Positions 31,183 through 44,100 of a stretch of DNA of 46,847 bases are shown here, piece after piece. Within the stretch, counting starts at the first letter, position 1; every line of letters starts with the position of its first letter. The DNA is from Jimgerdemannia flammicorona (taxonomy: Eukaryota), in assembly GCA_003990765.1 (NCBI GenBank), contig RBNJ01000052.1:1-46847 (forward strand), given 5' to 3'. The notes beneath the pieces are model-generated. The model was not told where the DNA came from. It did no database searches and worked only from the letters and a program-made list of their open reading frames with translations. A program made the position numbers and the translations under genes.

Positions 31183-34100
31183 ATATCTTTCTCTAGTAAT
31201 ATTCAGAATATACAATCTTCTAACAATACTTATGATATAGTTTTTGGAGAAACAGTACTAGCAATATGATGAGTGATAAGTATTCTAAGGTATATACTTA
31301 GCAGAGAGGCCCAAGTGAATTTGACTGGCAGCATATATAGAGCAGCCTAGACTTGGAGAGAAGCATGAGAGGCTTGTTGGCAGATGGATGAGGAAGGGGA
31401 GGAAGTAGTGTTAGAGGGCAGTGGAGTGGGAGGGTGAGCTTCATAGATAAGGTGAAGGAGAGACAGCCAGCAACTGGACTGGAGGGCTGGCTAAGGAAGA
31501 GCAAGGAGATGGTGAAGAATGTTGGGCAGCAGTAGCCAGAGGGAGCCTCACTGGGTGGTCAGAGTAGGGGGGCTAATGGTGTAGTAGCTGAGAGTGTGAC
31601 TACTGATGAGAGTATAACAGGTAATCTGAAAAAATTCAAATAAGACTACTGATGGTAGACTGAGTTGTGAGAAGAACATAAGGCCTAGTGATATGGCTGA
31701 TAGTATAATAGGACTGGTAGTAGCCCCTTTACTCAAGAAGTCAATTTTAGAGTTCATGGTTACTTTATGCTTCCAGGGCTTGGTAGTGATAGCAAAAATA
31801 GTCCTTGGACTAATTGCAAAGCAGATGGGTGGCACAGTGTCTATTAAGTTCCTGAGGGGCTCAAAAGGGCTAGAGGTGGACTTCGAGAAGGCTGGGCTAT
31901 TGGAGGATATGTTGAAGGCTAAGTTGATAGTTCAGAAGATATTTGTACTGATGGCATGCTGTCTGAGATAGGATTCCAGAGTGGTATAGCTTCTGGTGAA
32001 AGGATTTCCTATAGTGACCACAGTAGAGACAAGAAGGAGAGTAGAGGAAGTCATAGCTGAGTATAGGGAGGTGGTTGATATAGAGTATAAGTTGTGAGAA
32101 GGAATCTTTTTCTGGACAGGGGATGTTGATATCCAGATTTAGTTGGTAGAAAGGAAGGCCACTGAGAAGGCTTGGGACTGGCCTTCAGTGATAGTGTCAG
32201 GAGCCTTTATATGTAAGATGATGAGAGTGAAGGAGAGTGAGGAGGAGGAAGAGGACTTATTGAAGGTACCAGAGGAGTTGGTATAGTAGAGCAGAGGGTG
32301 AAGACTTGGAAGGCATTTGTAGAGTCAATATACCTAGAGATTATTGATGGAAAGCAGGTCTGTATCAATAAGGAGATATGAGAGAGGTCTCAAGAATGCA
32401 GGAGACAGAGAGAGTTGCTGGCAAAAATTGCAGAAGAGGCAAAGAGAAGTGCTAGTAGTAGTGAAGATACTGAAGGTGCCAAGGTAAGTGTCTGGGCCAG
32501 CAGAAGTAGAGGGCATGAGGAGGTGGGTTTGGAAGAGTCCAAGAAGATACTGAGTAATGACCCATATGAGGATGATATATTTGAAGTCTAGGAGGATACT
32601 TCTTCTGCTCTTATCAGACAGGAATCAGCTATAAGATAATGGGTGGCAAAGAATCTGCCAATGTACATTGCCCAGCAATTGCACTTTGGAGTTCCTGATA
32701 TAGTAAAGGGGGGACTAGTAGTGGCACTGGTAGTGAATGTCCCAGAGGAGGAGTGAGATGAGTCTGCAAGTATAGGGGCCAATAACACAATACTGGATAG
32801 AGAGAGACCAGTGACTTCAGGGAGGAGAACCAACTATGAGTGTGCTGGATGATGAATAACTTAGTAGTTGAAGGGTTGGGGAAAGTAGACCTTAGAGTGA
32901 TGAGTGATGAGCATTGGGCATGGATCCTGCAGGGTGGTGGTATTGAAGGTAGAAATACTTATAGTATACTTAAAGAAGGAAGGATATGAGATATATAAGA
33001 AGAGAGAGGCCAAGCTGGCAGTTGTTGCTGGTGAGCAGGCTACCTACTATTAGACTAAGTATCATGGATTGCAGCTCTGGCAGAAGGCCTGCCTGGAGTA
33101 TCATGAAGATTTCAAGGAAAAGAAGAATGGAGAGATGACTGAGCTACTGATTGGATTAGAGGCTAAGAGGACTGAAGAGGAGAAGGTATCTGCTGAATAT
33201 AATCTAAACATAGCATAGAAGGTGATGAATATGGAGCAGTAGAGAATATACTTGATATCACACTATTTTCTCTATGAACAGTATAACCAATATTTTTTCT
33301 ATATATGAATGGGTTACAGAGTTCTTTTTGACATTGGAATATTTTTACTTAGCTGAAGGGATTAGAGGCCAATCTCTTTCTTTTGCAGAATATCAGATGC
33401 AAGAATGATTTGGATTGACTAGAATGGATGAAGGAATGGGGAGATGAGGCAGTTTGGAAGAACAAGGTTGAGATTCTGGTTTGGAGAGACAGAGGGGAGT
33501 TATGCAATATGAGGAGCTAGAAAGATAGGCTCTTTTAGAGAGAGTGAATATAAACAGGTTGGGAGCCAGTTACAGTAGATTCCTGCTACTGCCCTGCTGT
33601 ATGGAGTGAGCATATAGATTGGATGAAGGGTCTCCAGGAGAGTGGGGCTCTCACAGAGGCTGGAGTAGATATGCTTGATAGAGACTTCAATATGGTCAGA
33701 GATGTACTGATAGATTGAACTAATAGAGGGCAGGGGGCTGAGAGTAGGAGTAGAGAGCTGGAGATATATGAGGAAGTAGATATACTAAGTGTTCTGGTGG
33801 ATGGTGGCAGGGGGATCTGGGGTAATAAGAGGGTGTATATGTATTGGGCAGATGGCCTGGGGATGAGGATTGACTGGATTCTGATTGCGAGCTGCTGGGG
33901 TTTGGATGTTTGGAAGTTGCAGGAGGCAGAGTGGTGTCTATGGTCAGATAATTGGGTCCTGCTAGGGCAGGGTCATTTTGGGGAGAGTGGGGATGGGTCT
34001 GGAAATTGGTACCTCAATTCCTCTTTGTTAAACAATAAGGTGCTATGAGATAAGTAGGCTGAGGATATTCAGCAGAAGGTGGAGGGCTGGATATAAGAAG

Positions 34101-36993
34101 GTGCTCCAGTTGGTATCTAGTGGATGAGGATGAAAGAGACTGCTAGGGCTTACTGAAGTAAGGCTGGTAAGGTAGCCAGAAGACAGAGGAGAAGGGTGAG
34201 ATGGGCTTCTACTAGAAGACTAGACTTTTGGAAGATTGGGCAGGTCTGGTGACACTGGAGGGGGGGGAGAATTGGAGCTTAATGAGAGTGAAAATGGAGG
34301 TTGGGGAACTACAACAAGTGTTGCAAGAAGAGGAGGAGGCACAGGTGCAGAGTTTGGTGGTACAGTTATATTGGCAGGGGCTGAAGAAAGGAGAAAGATC
34401 TTCTAAGTATCTCATGAGGGCCCTTCAGGCAAAGAGAGTAAAGGAGAGGTGGGAGAGAGTATTAGATTCTAATGGTCTGCTGGTACATGGTATATAAGAC
34501 ATTCTCAGATTGTTAAAGAAGAGATGGAGTGGTTTATAGAGTGAGGAGGAGGGTGGGGCTGATGCTGCCATCATTGACCATGCTTTGGAGGATTGGAACT
34601 CACTATAAGCAAAGGGCTGGGTGACTTAGTACTGTCAGTATAAGAGAAGGTGATCCACTAGGCACTTGCTGCAACTATGCTGGACATGGTGCCAGGGGAG
34701 GATAGTCTGCCCTGGGACTTCTGGAAGAAGATAGTGGGAGTTCCTAAAGTACTGAGAGAGCTGATGGTATTGTGTGACTTGATACTACAGTCAGGGAGAT
34801 GGGTGGGAGAGTTGAATCTGGAGCTGGTGGTACTGCTTTATAAGAATAAAAGAAGGAGAGAGGACTGGAAGAACTGACAGCTGATCATGCTACTAGATAT
34901 AGACAGAAAGTTAGTTACTAAGGTGGTAGTTACAAAGCTGCAAAAGGTGGCTCAGCAAGTCTTGAGTATAGAGCAGCAGGGCTTTATAGGAGGCTGGCTC
35001 ATTAGAGATGGCATGGCTTTGATACATAGAGTTATTGAAGAGATGTGAGCCTGTGGACTGGATGGGCAACTGGTCTTCCTGGATTAGGAGAAGGCATATG
35101 ACTAGAATTGGTGGGTCTGGTTGGTGAAGATATTGGATAGGATTGGTGTACCTCATTAGTTCCAGTTAGTAATTGTCAGCCTACTGGAAGGGAGTAAGGC
35201 TGTACTCATATACAATGAATACAGAGAGATAGTATTCCCCCTGGGTAGGGGTGTGCTCCAGGGGGATTCACTATTTCACATTCTGCATACTCTTTTCCTA
35301 GAGCTTGAATTAGGTGAAAGATAGTTGAGCTCTTAGTTTACGAAATTGGGTGGAAAGTTGGAGTCTTTGCAGTTGATATAGTGGTCAGTCTGAGATTGAT
35401 CACTGATGTCAAGGAGCTTAAAGAGTTAGTGGAGTGGTATGAGATGCACTCTGGGGCTAAACTCAATTGATATAAGTGTGAAATGATGATGTTAGGCAAT
35501 GGTCTGATAGGAGGGGATATCATTGGAACAATTATCCCTACTGGAGAGGTGGTGTGATACTTGGATATCTATCTGTCAGTACATGGGTCAGTCCTACCAA
35601 GACATTGGTAGGAGTAGAGAATTGTAATCTGAGAGGAGGCTCTGTAGAGTTAGAGAAGTCACCACTTGTCTCTGGCAGGGTGTGTTTCAATTTTGAACAT
35701 CTACTAACTGCCAAAGATATGGTATTTGGCTTATCATCTGGACTTCTTGGCCTGGGTGGTAAAGAGACTAATGAACCTGACCAAGGGGTGGATCTGGATC
35801 AGGAGAAGGATTCAGATCAGCTGGGAGGTCTTGTCTTTACTGGTGGCTAGAGGGGGTCTGGGCTGATTGATTTTCTGATGAGACTATATTGCCTGAGAGC
35901 ATAGTGGCTGAAGAGAGTGGTGAAATTGAGAGAGAGTAGCTGGGTTCTTCTGATGCAGAAGGTCTGGGAGATAATGTCCTCACCAAGAGACTCTACAGGA
36001 TATCTACTGTCTTTGGTTGGGCTTCAGAACAATGGACATATGTAGTATAAAGGCTTTTAGTAGTAGGTAGTAGATGGGTGCACTGCATTGGAATCTGCTG
36101 ATAGGGAAATGAAGAGGAGGTACTTTAAGATCCAGTGATATAGAGATAGGACTGAGAGTTGTTGAGAGATATCCCACTAGTTGATTTCAATATTAGCAAT
36201 GAGATTGAGTATCAGAGGGAGCCAAGACAGGATCTATAACCTAGCAGATGACAGTTGGCAGGTATTGGAGAGGAGTGGGACTGGAATTAGATTTGGCTCT
36301 AGAATGCTAAGGTAAGATGGTAGATGCTGCCAAAGTCCTGGATGGTCTAGTGGTACCTGCTGCAGAGAAATATCATGCTCAACTTCCACTCAGGACACCT
36401 TGATGAGGGAAGCTTTGACTGTGAGGAGTGCCACAATGTCAGACAGAAAGGGGGATTTGTGCAGATACCAGAACATTGGCTAGGAGCATGTGAGATACTT
36501 GGTGACTTTTGGCCAGCAATTGGGAATTTATTGGATATTATGTATAGTGGGAATGGTGAGCAGAGTTGATAGGAGGATTTGAGGGATAGATTGGTGAGTG
36601 GGGTGGAAAAGAAGTAGCTTACTTTAGATTGGGTATTGGTAGTTTGGATAGGATTAGCAGATTACTATTTATTTGTTTTCAAGGAAGAGAAGAACCTGGG
36701 TTTAGGGGTGAGGCTGTTGAGATAGCAAGGGCTAATAGAGGACATTATGATGGGCTGGTGGCTTGGTTGGGGTCTACAGAGTGGTCAGAGACATCACTTG
36801 GTGAAGAAAATCTATGAACAGAGTGGGGGGAGGATTGGGATAGTGAGTGGTAAAGTGGTCTTCAAATGTGAAAGTATTGGAGATAGCTCCCTTTAGGGGA
36901 TTGGGTAGTGGGAGGAGATCCTGTAACTATATCAACATACTGGTAATAAATAGCAAAGTCTAAGTGACTACAAAAAAAAAAAAAAAAAAAAAA
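31183..36993 (+). mobile_element. L1/Tx1-clade LINE B, full length, decayed
   Basis: 5' CTTTCTC motif at 31187. ORF2 ATG at 33274. RT motifs PGEDSLPWDFWKK, FLD.EKAYD, GVLQGDS. AATAAA then poly(A) 36972-36994. TSD AGTAGTTTAACT (31168-31179, 36994-37005). Confidence 0.92.
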
Positions 36994-37008
36994 AGTAGTT
37001 TAACTATC

Positions 37009-40000
37009 TTTAGTAAACAATATAGCAATAATGATAGCAACTTAGCTGAATGGATAAAATCAACAAAGTGCCTGAGTCTACCTATCTTTAATAGTACTAT
37101 ACAGAAAGTCCAAAGCTTTATTAGTATAATAGATATCAACTTCAAAGCCAATCAATAGACCAATAAGTGAGTTGCTGATTGTCTCTCAATAAACAACTAA
37201 GACCACACTATCAAACAACTCTTTATTACTACCATAGCCTATATCCATTAATTTGTTATATTCTTCTAAGGATCTGCTGAAGAATAGTAGTAAACTCTTC
37301 TGAAAAACCTCTTATATAGAATACCAGATCTGTGGTTATTGCCCAAAATATAACAAATAATACCCTGAGATATGAAGATGACCCTGTGGCCCCTGGGCTC
37401 AAACAACTTATAATTTCTCAATATCTAAGCAAAACTCTGATATCCAAATTTTAAGTAAAACTCCTCAATTTTAATTTTGATGTATATGGTAAAGAGGATT
37501 TGAAATCTTCTATACAAAACTCAAGTCACTCCTGAATACTGTTGGCCTCAGATATATTATCAATATTAAACTATAAAGTAGTATAACAGCAGACTATTTA
37601 TTCAATATACTATCAGAATAGCTCATAAGTAAGATCTGAGAATAAGAATACCCAGTTGGTTGTGATTACTAATAATAATACCTAGCAAGAATCAAGATCA
37701 TCATCAAGCAAATTCTAACAGCTGGACCAATTCTACCTCAAAAACAATTTAATAACAAGGAAAAATTCAGGACTAAGAAAGAAGAACCCATGTATGAAGC
37801 ATCCCAAGCACATTCTACATCTACCTCTTAGATATCTCAAAATTCTAAACCCACTTAGCTAGGTATCTTCAAGAAACTTCCTGAAGGAGAATGAAATGAA
37901 CTCTGAAGAAGTAGAGTAGAAAGCCAGGATACATAGCCAGTACTTACTATAACTGAAAACCCCAAACAACAATATATGCAACTGATATCACTCTGTACTA
38001 TCTTAATGATCTAACTACCAAAATACTAAATTTGTCAAGTTAAGGACAATAGCAATAGCCTCAATCAAATGAAGCCAAAAGGTAACTAGATATGACCTAT
38101 ATGTAGCTAAAAAAAAACTATAGTTTCTATCTGAGAAGTTAAGTAAGTCTATACAGAAATCAGTATTCAAATTTCTGAAGAATATGTTGAAATAAGCTAT
38201 TATAGTAGCCTAATATTAAAAGAACTCTCAGTAAAAGAAGGAGTCAATGTTGAAGATTATATAGGTGAAATTATTAATCTCATCCAAAACCATAGTTAAA
38301 TGCCATTTAAGATCTTTATTGATTACTACATTGCCCAGATCCTATTTGAGAAAATCAAATCAACCCTGATAGTCAAGGAAGTTCCCAAACTACTACTTAC
38401 CATCTGAGGATCCAAAGGGTTAGGCTTATCAAATAAAGCCCTAGCTCAATCTACCACAAATAAGAAGAATAATTCTACAGAATAATCAAAGATAGATTTG
38501 TACCAAGTGGCTGATACCTCTATGATATTGGAATATACTCTTTTCAAATAATTAATGATTACTTTTCATGTATCAATAAACTGGCCTAATAGAGAGCCAA
38601 TAGAAGGAAACCACTTATGACTGAAATTACCATCATTAGATCTAACAAACTGCTCAACCTCTAAGCATTTGTTAACTAAGCTCCTGTAAAGATCATAATA
38701 GATTATAGTATTTTAGACAATTTTAACAATGTAGAAATAGCCAACAGACTTAAAGTTCTGATCTTGCTGGTATAATAAACCTAAGCTATTACTACCACAG
38801 ATAGAACTTCACATATTATTAATAAGAAAGTCCACAATCTACTCTTCAGAATTAGTGACTACTGTATATATGTTACCCTCCAAATTATACTACTTCTTGA
38901 CAATGAGATCATTCTTGAGACACAATAGTTAAAATAGAAAACCCTATAATCAATTGAGTAAATCATTTTCTGACTATTAAGAAAGGACATCACAATTCAA
39001 ACTATAAGACAAAAGCGACCCACTCAGTTCTAGTAACCCAAGTCTAAAGGTCACCTATATCAATAAACTACAACTCAAGAAATTAGTGATGAAGTATCCT
39101 CTTTTTGCTATATCTATATTTCCATCCAAAGGAAAACCATCTTGAAGAAGACTTTCCAAAGTTAACAGTTGTGTCAGACCCTTACTCCAGAAATTCTGAG
39201 ATATATTCCCAAAGAAACTTCCAAAAGATCTACTGCTCAAACAAGTAGTCAATTATATAATCAAAACTATCTCAGATACTAAGCCATTCTTCAAGTTAAT
39301 CTATCACATATCTCCTAGAGAAATCAATACACTTAAGAGGAAAATTGATGAACTCCTAGAATAAAAATTTAATAGACCTAGTGTGTCATTATATAGTATA
39401 TCAGTTCTCTTTGTTATCAAAAAAGAAAAATATCTATAAATATATATTGACTACTAAGACCTCAATGAGCTGATCATTATGAACTATTATCTACTTTTCC
39501 AAATAAATTAAATATTCAATAGGCTTATCAATCTACAATTCATAAGCTCTTTTAATATATATAATAGCTACTAGTAAATTGCTATGAAAGAAGAAGATAT
39601 CTACAAAACTATCTTTTAAACTTACTATAGACATTTTGAGTTCCTAGTTATATCCTTTGGCTTAACCAATGCTTCTGCAACCTTCCAGGCTCTAATAAAT
39701 ACTATCCTTATCTTTTCCAAGATAAATTTGTTATTATATATATTAATGACATTCTAGTCTTTAGCAAAACTCTGGTGGAACATCTTGAATATCTTGAACT
39801 AGTACTATTGAAGCTTCAAGAAAACTGACTCTTTGCAAAACTTAACAATGTAAATTCTCCTGAAGGAAATTCTATTCTTTAAATACATTATCAAACTCAA
39901 TAGAATCAAAGTAGACCCTAGCAAAATATCTGCAATCAAGGAATAGACCAGATTCAAGAAGCTGAAAGACCTTCAGTCATTCCTAAGACTAGCAAACTAT

Positions 40001-41169
40001 TACCAGCAATTTATTGCAAACTTTGCCAAGATCATTACTGTATTTATCTAACTGATCAAGTAGAGCAAAAAGCAGAATAGCCTTGGACTACAAAGTAAGA
40101 AATAGACTTCAACAATTTAGTAAATTGTAGATCTGAACAAGATATAGCCTTTCAAGCTCTGAAAGATACCCTAATAACTACTCTAGTACTTCAAGCAGTA
40201 AATTCTACTCTATTATATAAGTTACTACTGATGCCTTTAGTACTTCCAAATAAATTGAATAATTTTAGTTGAATCAAATTTGGGGTGATTCAAATCGAAT
40301 CAAATTGGGGTTTTTTCAATTTAAATCAAGGTTAATTCAAATTGAATTCAAATTGAATTGAGGGTTCAAATCAAATCTTAAATTGAATTTGACCTTTGAT
40401 TTGTTAGAAATACTAGATACCTATAATCTAGCTCTTGGAGCAGTACTCATTCAAGAAGGATACTTTGTAGTCAATCATTCTCACAAGTTCAATGATACTG
40501 AAATCAATTATACTACTCATAAGAAGGAAATATTAGCTATTGTAGACAATCTGATTAAATAATACCCATATCTCAAAGAAGTATACTTTACTATATTAAC
40601 AGACTATAAGTCATTGATCAATATCAAAACCTAGACTTCCCTTTTTCAAAAATATACTAGATGAATGTAAGTTCTCACCAATTTTGACTATGAAATCCAA
40701 ACTACCCTGACAAAGAAAATATTATTACTGATGCAATATCTAGATCACTAATTGAAGAAGTTATACAAACCTTCAACTTGGTTATCAACTCTATTATAGA
40801 ATAAATTATTATAGTATATACTGATGATAAAGAAGCTCAAGTACTCTATGAAATCCTGAGCAGTGATGATATTGACAAGTACTCCTAGTATCATCAATAT
40901 CAATTAAAGGACAATACTATCTATTACAAGGATAGATTATATAAGCTTAATGATTAAGACCTCTGAAGGACTATTTTGTTTGAATATTATAATGGTCCAA
41001 TAGCTAGATATCTAGAATTTGACAAATATTATGAAATTATTTCCTGAAACTTCTATTGGTCTTATATGATAGATCAGTTAAAGACTTATATTTCTTTCTG
41101 TTGTGATGCCTACAAATGTAACAAATTCTCAACTCTAGCAAAACCTGGACTACTAGACCCTATTGTCAT
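37009..41169 (+). mobile_element. Decayed Ty3/Gypsy LTR retrotransposon gag-pol (PR-RT-RH-IN order)
   Basis: IDELLE.KFNRPSVS..VLFVIKK..IYIDY (~39340-39455), HFEFLVISFGLTNASATFQ (~39632), YINDILVFS (~39740), RNase H VTTDA../LALGAVL, integrase Zn-finger region CCDAYKCNK...GLLDP (~41100-41165). Confidence 0.9.
40238..40415. mobile_element. hAT-type MITE (178 bp), same family as 28298-28670, inserted in Gypsy RNase H
   Basis: Termini TAGTACTTCC...AGAAATACTA. 8-bp TSD GATGCCTT/GATACCTA (40230-40237, 40416-40423). Interrupts the VTTDA-xxLALGAVL motif. Confidence 0.75.
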
Positions 41170-44100
41170 CTTTCTCTGCTACAATTCACATTACACACAC
41201 TTTTATAACACACTTTCAAGTCGTTTATTGGAGAAAGATATTAAGACAATGTCGACCATCAAGCAAGCCGATACACATACTAGGTCAGGTGGACCTGGGG
41301 CCTTCAACTGGCAGTATGTCAGGAGAGGGTATAGACTGGGAATGGAGTCTTTTGGTGGCCCAGGTGGGCAGGACAGCTTGGGTAATAGAAGTGGCACTGG
41401 TGGGAGAATTGGAGGGAAGCAGGGGAGGAGCTTTGAGACATACTGAGATCAGGAGGTTGGCTGGTTGGAGATCACAGTGGACAGATAGGAGGGAAGTGGA
41501 AGAAGAAGGTTGGGAGTGCTGAGGGAGCTGGGCCTTTAGTGGTGGGAGGTGGAGGAGGTGGAGTAGCTGCTGGGGGTAGTGACAGGACTACTGATAGCAG
41601 CATGACAGTAAATTAGGAGGAAAAAAAAAGAGATTTGAGGACTGATGGTCAGGGGGGACAGGGGTTCCCAATGTAGAAGGAGAACTTAGTGGATGGTGTA
41701 ACAGGACTAGCAGTGGCCCCATTGCTCAAGAAGTCAATTTCGGAGTTTGGAGTGACCTTGTGCTTCTAGGGCTTGGCAGTGATGGTGAGGATGGTTCTGG
41801 GGATTGTTTCGAAGCAGGTGGTTGGGGTGGCCTTGGTGAAGTTCTTGAAGGGTCTGGAGGGGGTTGAGGTGGGCTTTGGGGAGGCAGGCTCACAGGACGA
41901 GGCACTGAAGACTAGAGTAGTGGTGGGAGAGGTTGTGGTCTCCATGGTGCAGTGCTTGTGATGGGATCCCAGGGTGGTGCAGTTTCTGGTGAGAGGGGTG
42001 CCCACGGTAACTAAGGAAGAGACTAGGAGGAGGGTGGAGGAGGTTATGATAGAGTATGGTGATGTGGTGGACATTGGCTTTCAGGTGTAGGAGGGAATAA
42101 CAATTAGAACAGGTGATATTGATGTCAGGATTTGGCTGGCAGATAAGGAGACCACAGAGAAGACTAGTAACTGGCCTTCTGTGCTGATGTGGGGGGTATT
42201 CATCTGTAAGGTGTTGAGGGTGAAGGGGAGTGAAGAGGAGGAGGAGGCCTTGTTGGAGGTACTGAAGGAGTTGAGTGGAGCTGTAGAGAGGAGGGCAAAG
42301 GCCTGGAAGATGTATGAGGAGTCGATACATCTGGAGGTTGTGGATGGGAAGCATGTCCATACTGACAGGAAGCAGTGGGAGTGGGCACAGGGATGCAGGA
42401 GATAGAGGGAGTTGTTGGCGAGTATGACAGGAGGGGGAAAGACAAAGTTGGCTGGAGCTATAGAGTCTGGCAGTGTCGAAGCCAGTGCCTGGGCTGGCAA
42501 GAGTGGAGAGGAGGTGGAGGCAATTGTGGAAGGAGCTGGGAAGATGCTGGGCAAGAATCTGTATGCTGATGGTACCTTTGAAGTTTGGGAGTAGGAGTCA
42601 GATGGCACCCCCCCCCCCTACTATCAGGAGGGGCCTGGTTGAGAAGTACAGAGTAGTGGAAGATATGCAGATACAGGGGGCCCAGCAAGTTTACTTTGGG
42701 GTCAAAGATGTGACAAAAGGGGGCCAGATGGTGGCAGTTGGTGAGGATGAGCTGGTGGATATCCCAGAGGTAGAGTTGGATGAGGCTGCCAGTGTCGGGG
42801 CTGACATTACAATGATAGATGCAGGGTGGCCAGGGACTCCTGGTGGGAAGGAGGTCAGAAACCTTCTGTGGATGAGTAAGGTGATAGACAATCTGGTGGC
42901 TGAGGCATTGGGAGAAGTAGACCTATATGTTATGTCTGAGAAGCATTGGGTATGGATTCTGTGAGGTGATGGAGTGGTAGAGGCACTGAAGGTGGAGATT
43001 CTTGCAATCTTTCTGAAAGAGAAGAAATATGAGGTTAATGAGGTGAGGAAGGCAGAGCTGGTGGTTGTCACTGGGGAATGGGTGGCTTATTATTGGGCTG
43101 AGCATCATGGTTTGCAGCTCTGACAGGAGGTCTGTCTGGAGTATTGTGAGAACTTTGAGGAGAAAGAGGATGGGGCTATGGTTGAACTTCTGGGGGAGTT
43201 GGAGGCACAGGAAGCTGAGTAGAGAGAACTGACTGTAGAACATATCTTGGACTTGGCATGGGAGGCTTGAATATAGATTTGTAGAGAATGAGTCTGATAT
43301 ATAATAATATTTCTTATGAACAATATAACTAACATTTTCTCACTAAATGTGAATGGACTATGGGGTTCTGGACAGCATAAGAACATTTTTACTTGGCTCA
43401 AGGGATTGGAGGCTGACCTATTTCTAATACAGGATATATGGTGTGAGAATGAGGAGGATTGGATAGAGTAGACTAAGGAATGGGGCAGGACTATTACTTG
43501 GTTTGGAAAGGTGGCAATTCTGGTGAAGAAGGGTAGAGGGGATTTGGAGGGAATCAGGAACTGGGGTGAGCACTTGGTCTGGGGAGAATGGTATAGACCA
43601 GGGTGGGAATCATTAAGGGTGGGCTCTTGCTATTGCCCAGCAGTTAGGGGGCAAGCGGATTGCTTGGATTAGAGAGCTGCTGGAGGAGGGTATTTTCTTG
43701 GAGGAAGGTGTTGATGTTCTTAGTGGTGATTTTAATATGGTTTGGGATCCGCAACTGGATAGAACTGATAGAGGGAGAAATGCCAGTAGCAGAAGTGGTG
43801 GTCTGGATACATGGGAGGATGTGGAAAACCTTAGCTCCTTAGGAGATATGGGCCAAGCATAGTGGGGGGACACCAAGGTCTACACACATTGAGTGAATGG
43901 GTTGGGCATGAGGATTGATTGGATTTTGACAGCTAAATGTTGGGGTACTGATGTCTGGAAGGCTTTGGAGGTGGTGTGGTGGCCGTGGTCTGATCACTAG
44001 AGACTGTTAGGGCAAGGGCAGTTTGGGGGGAGTGGAGATGGACCTGGACATTGGTGCCTTAACTCCTCCCTGCTGGCTGAGGAGGGGTTGTGGGACTTAT

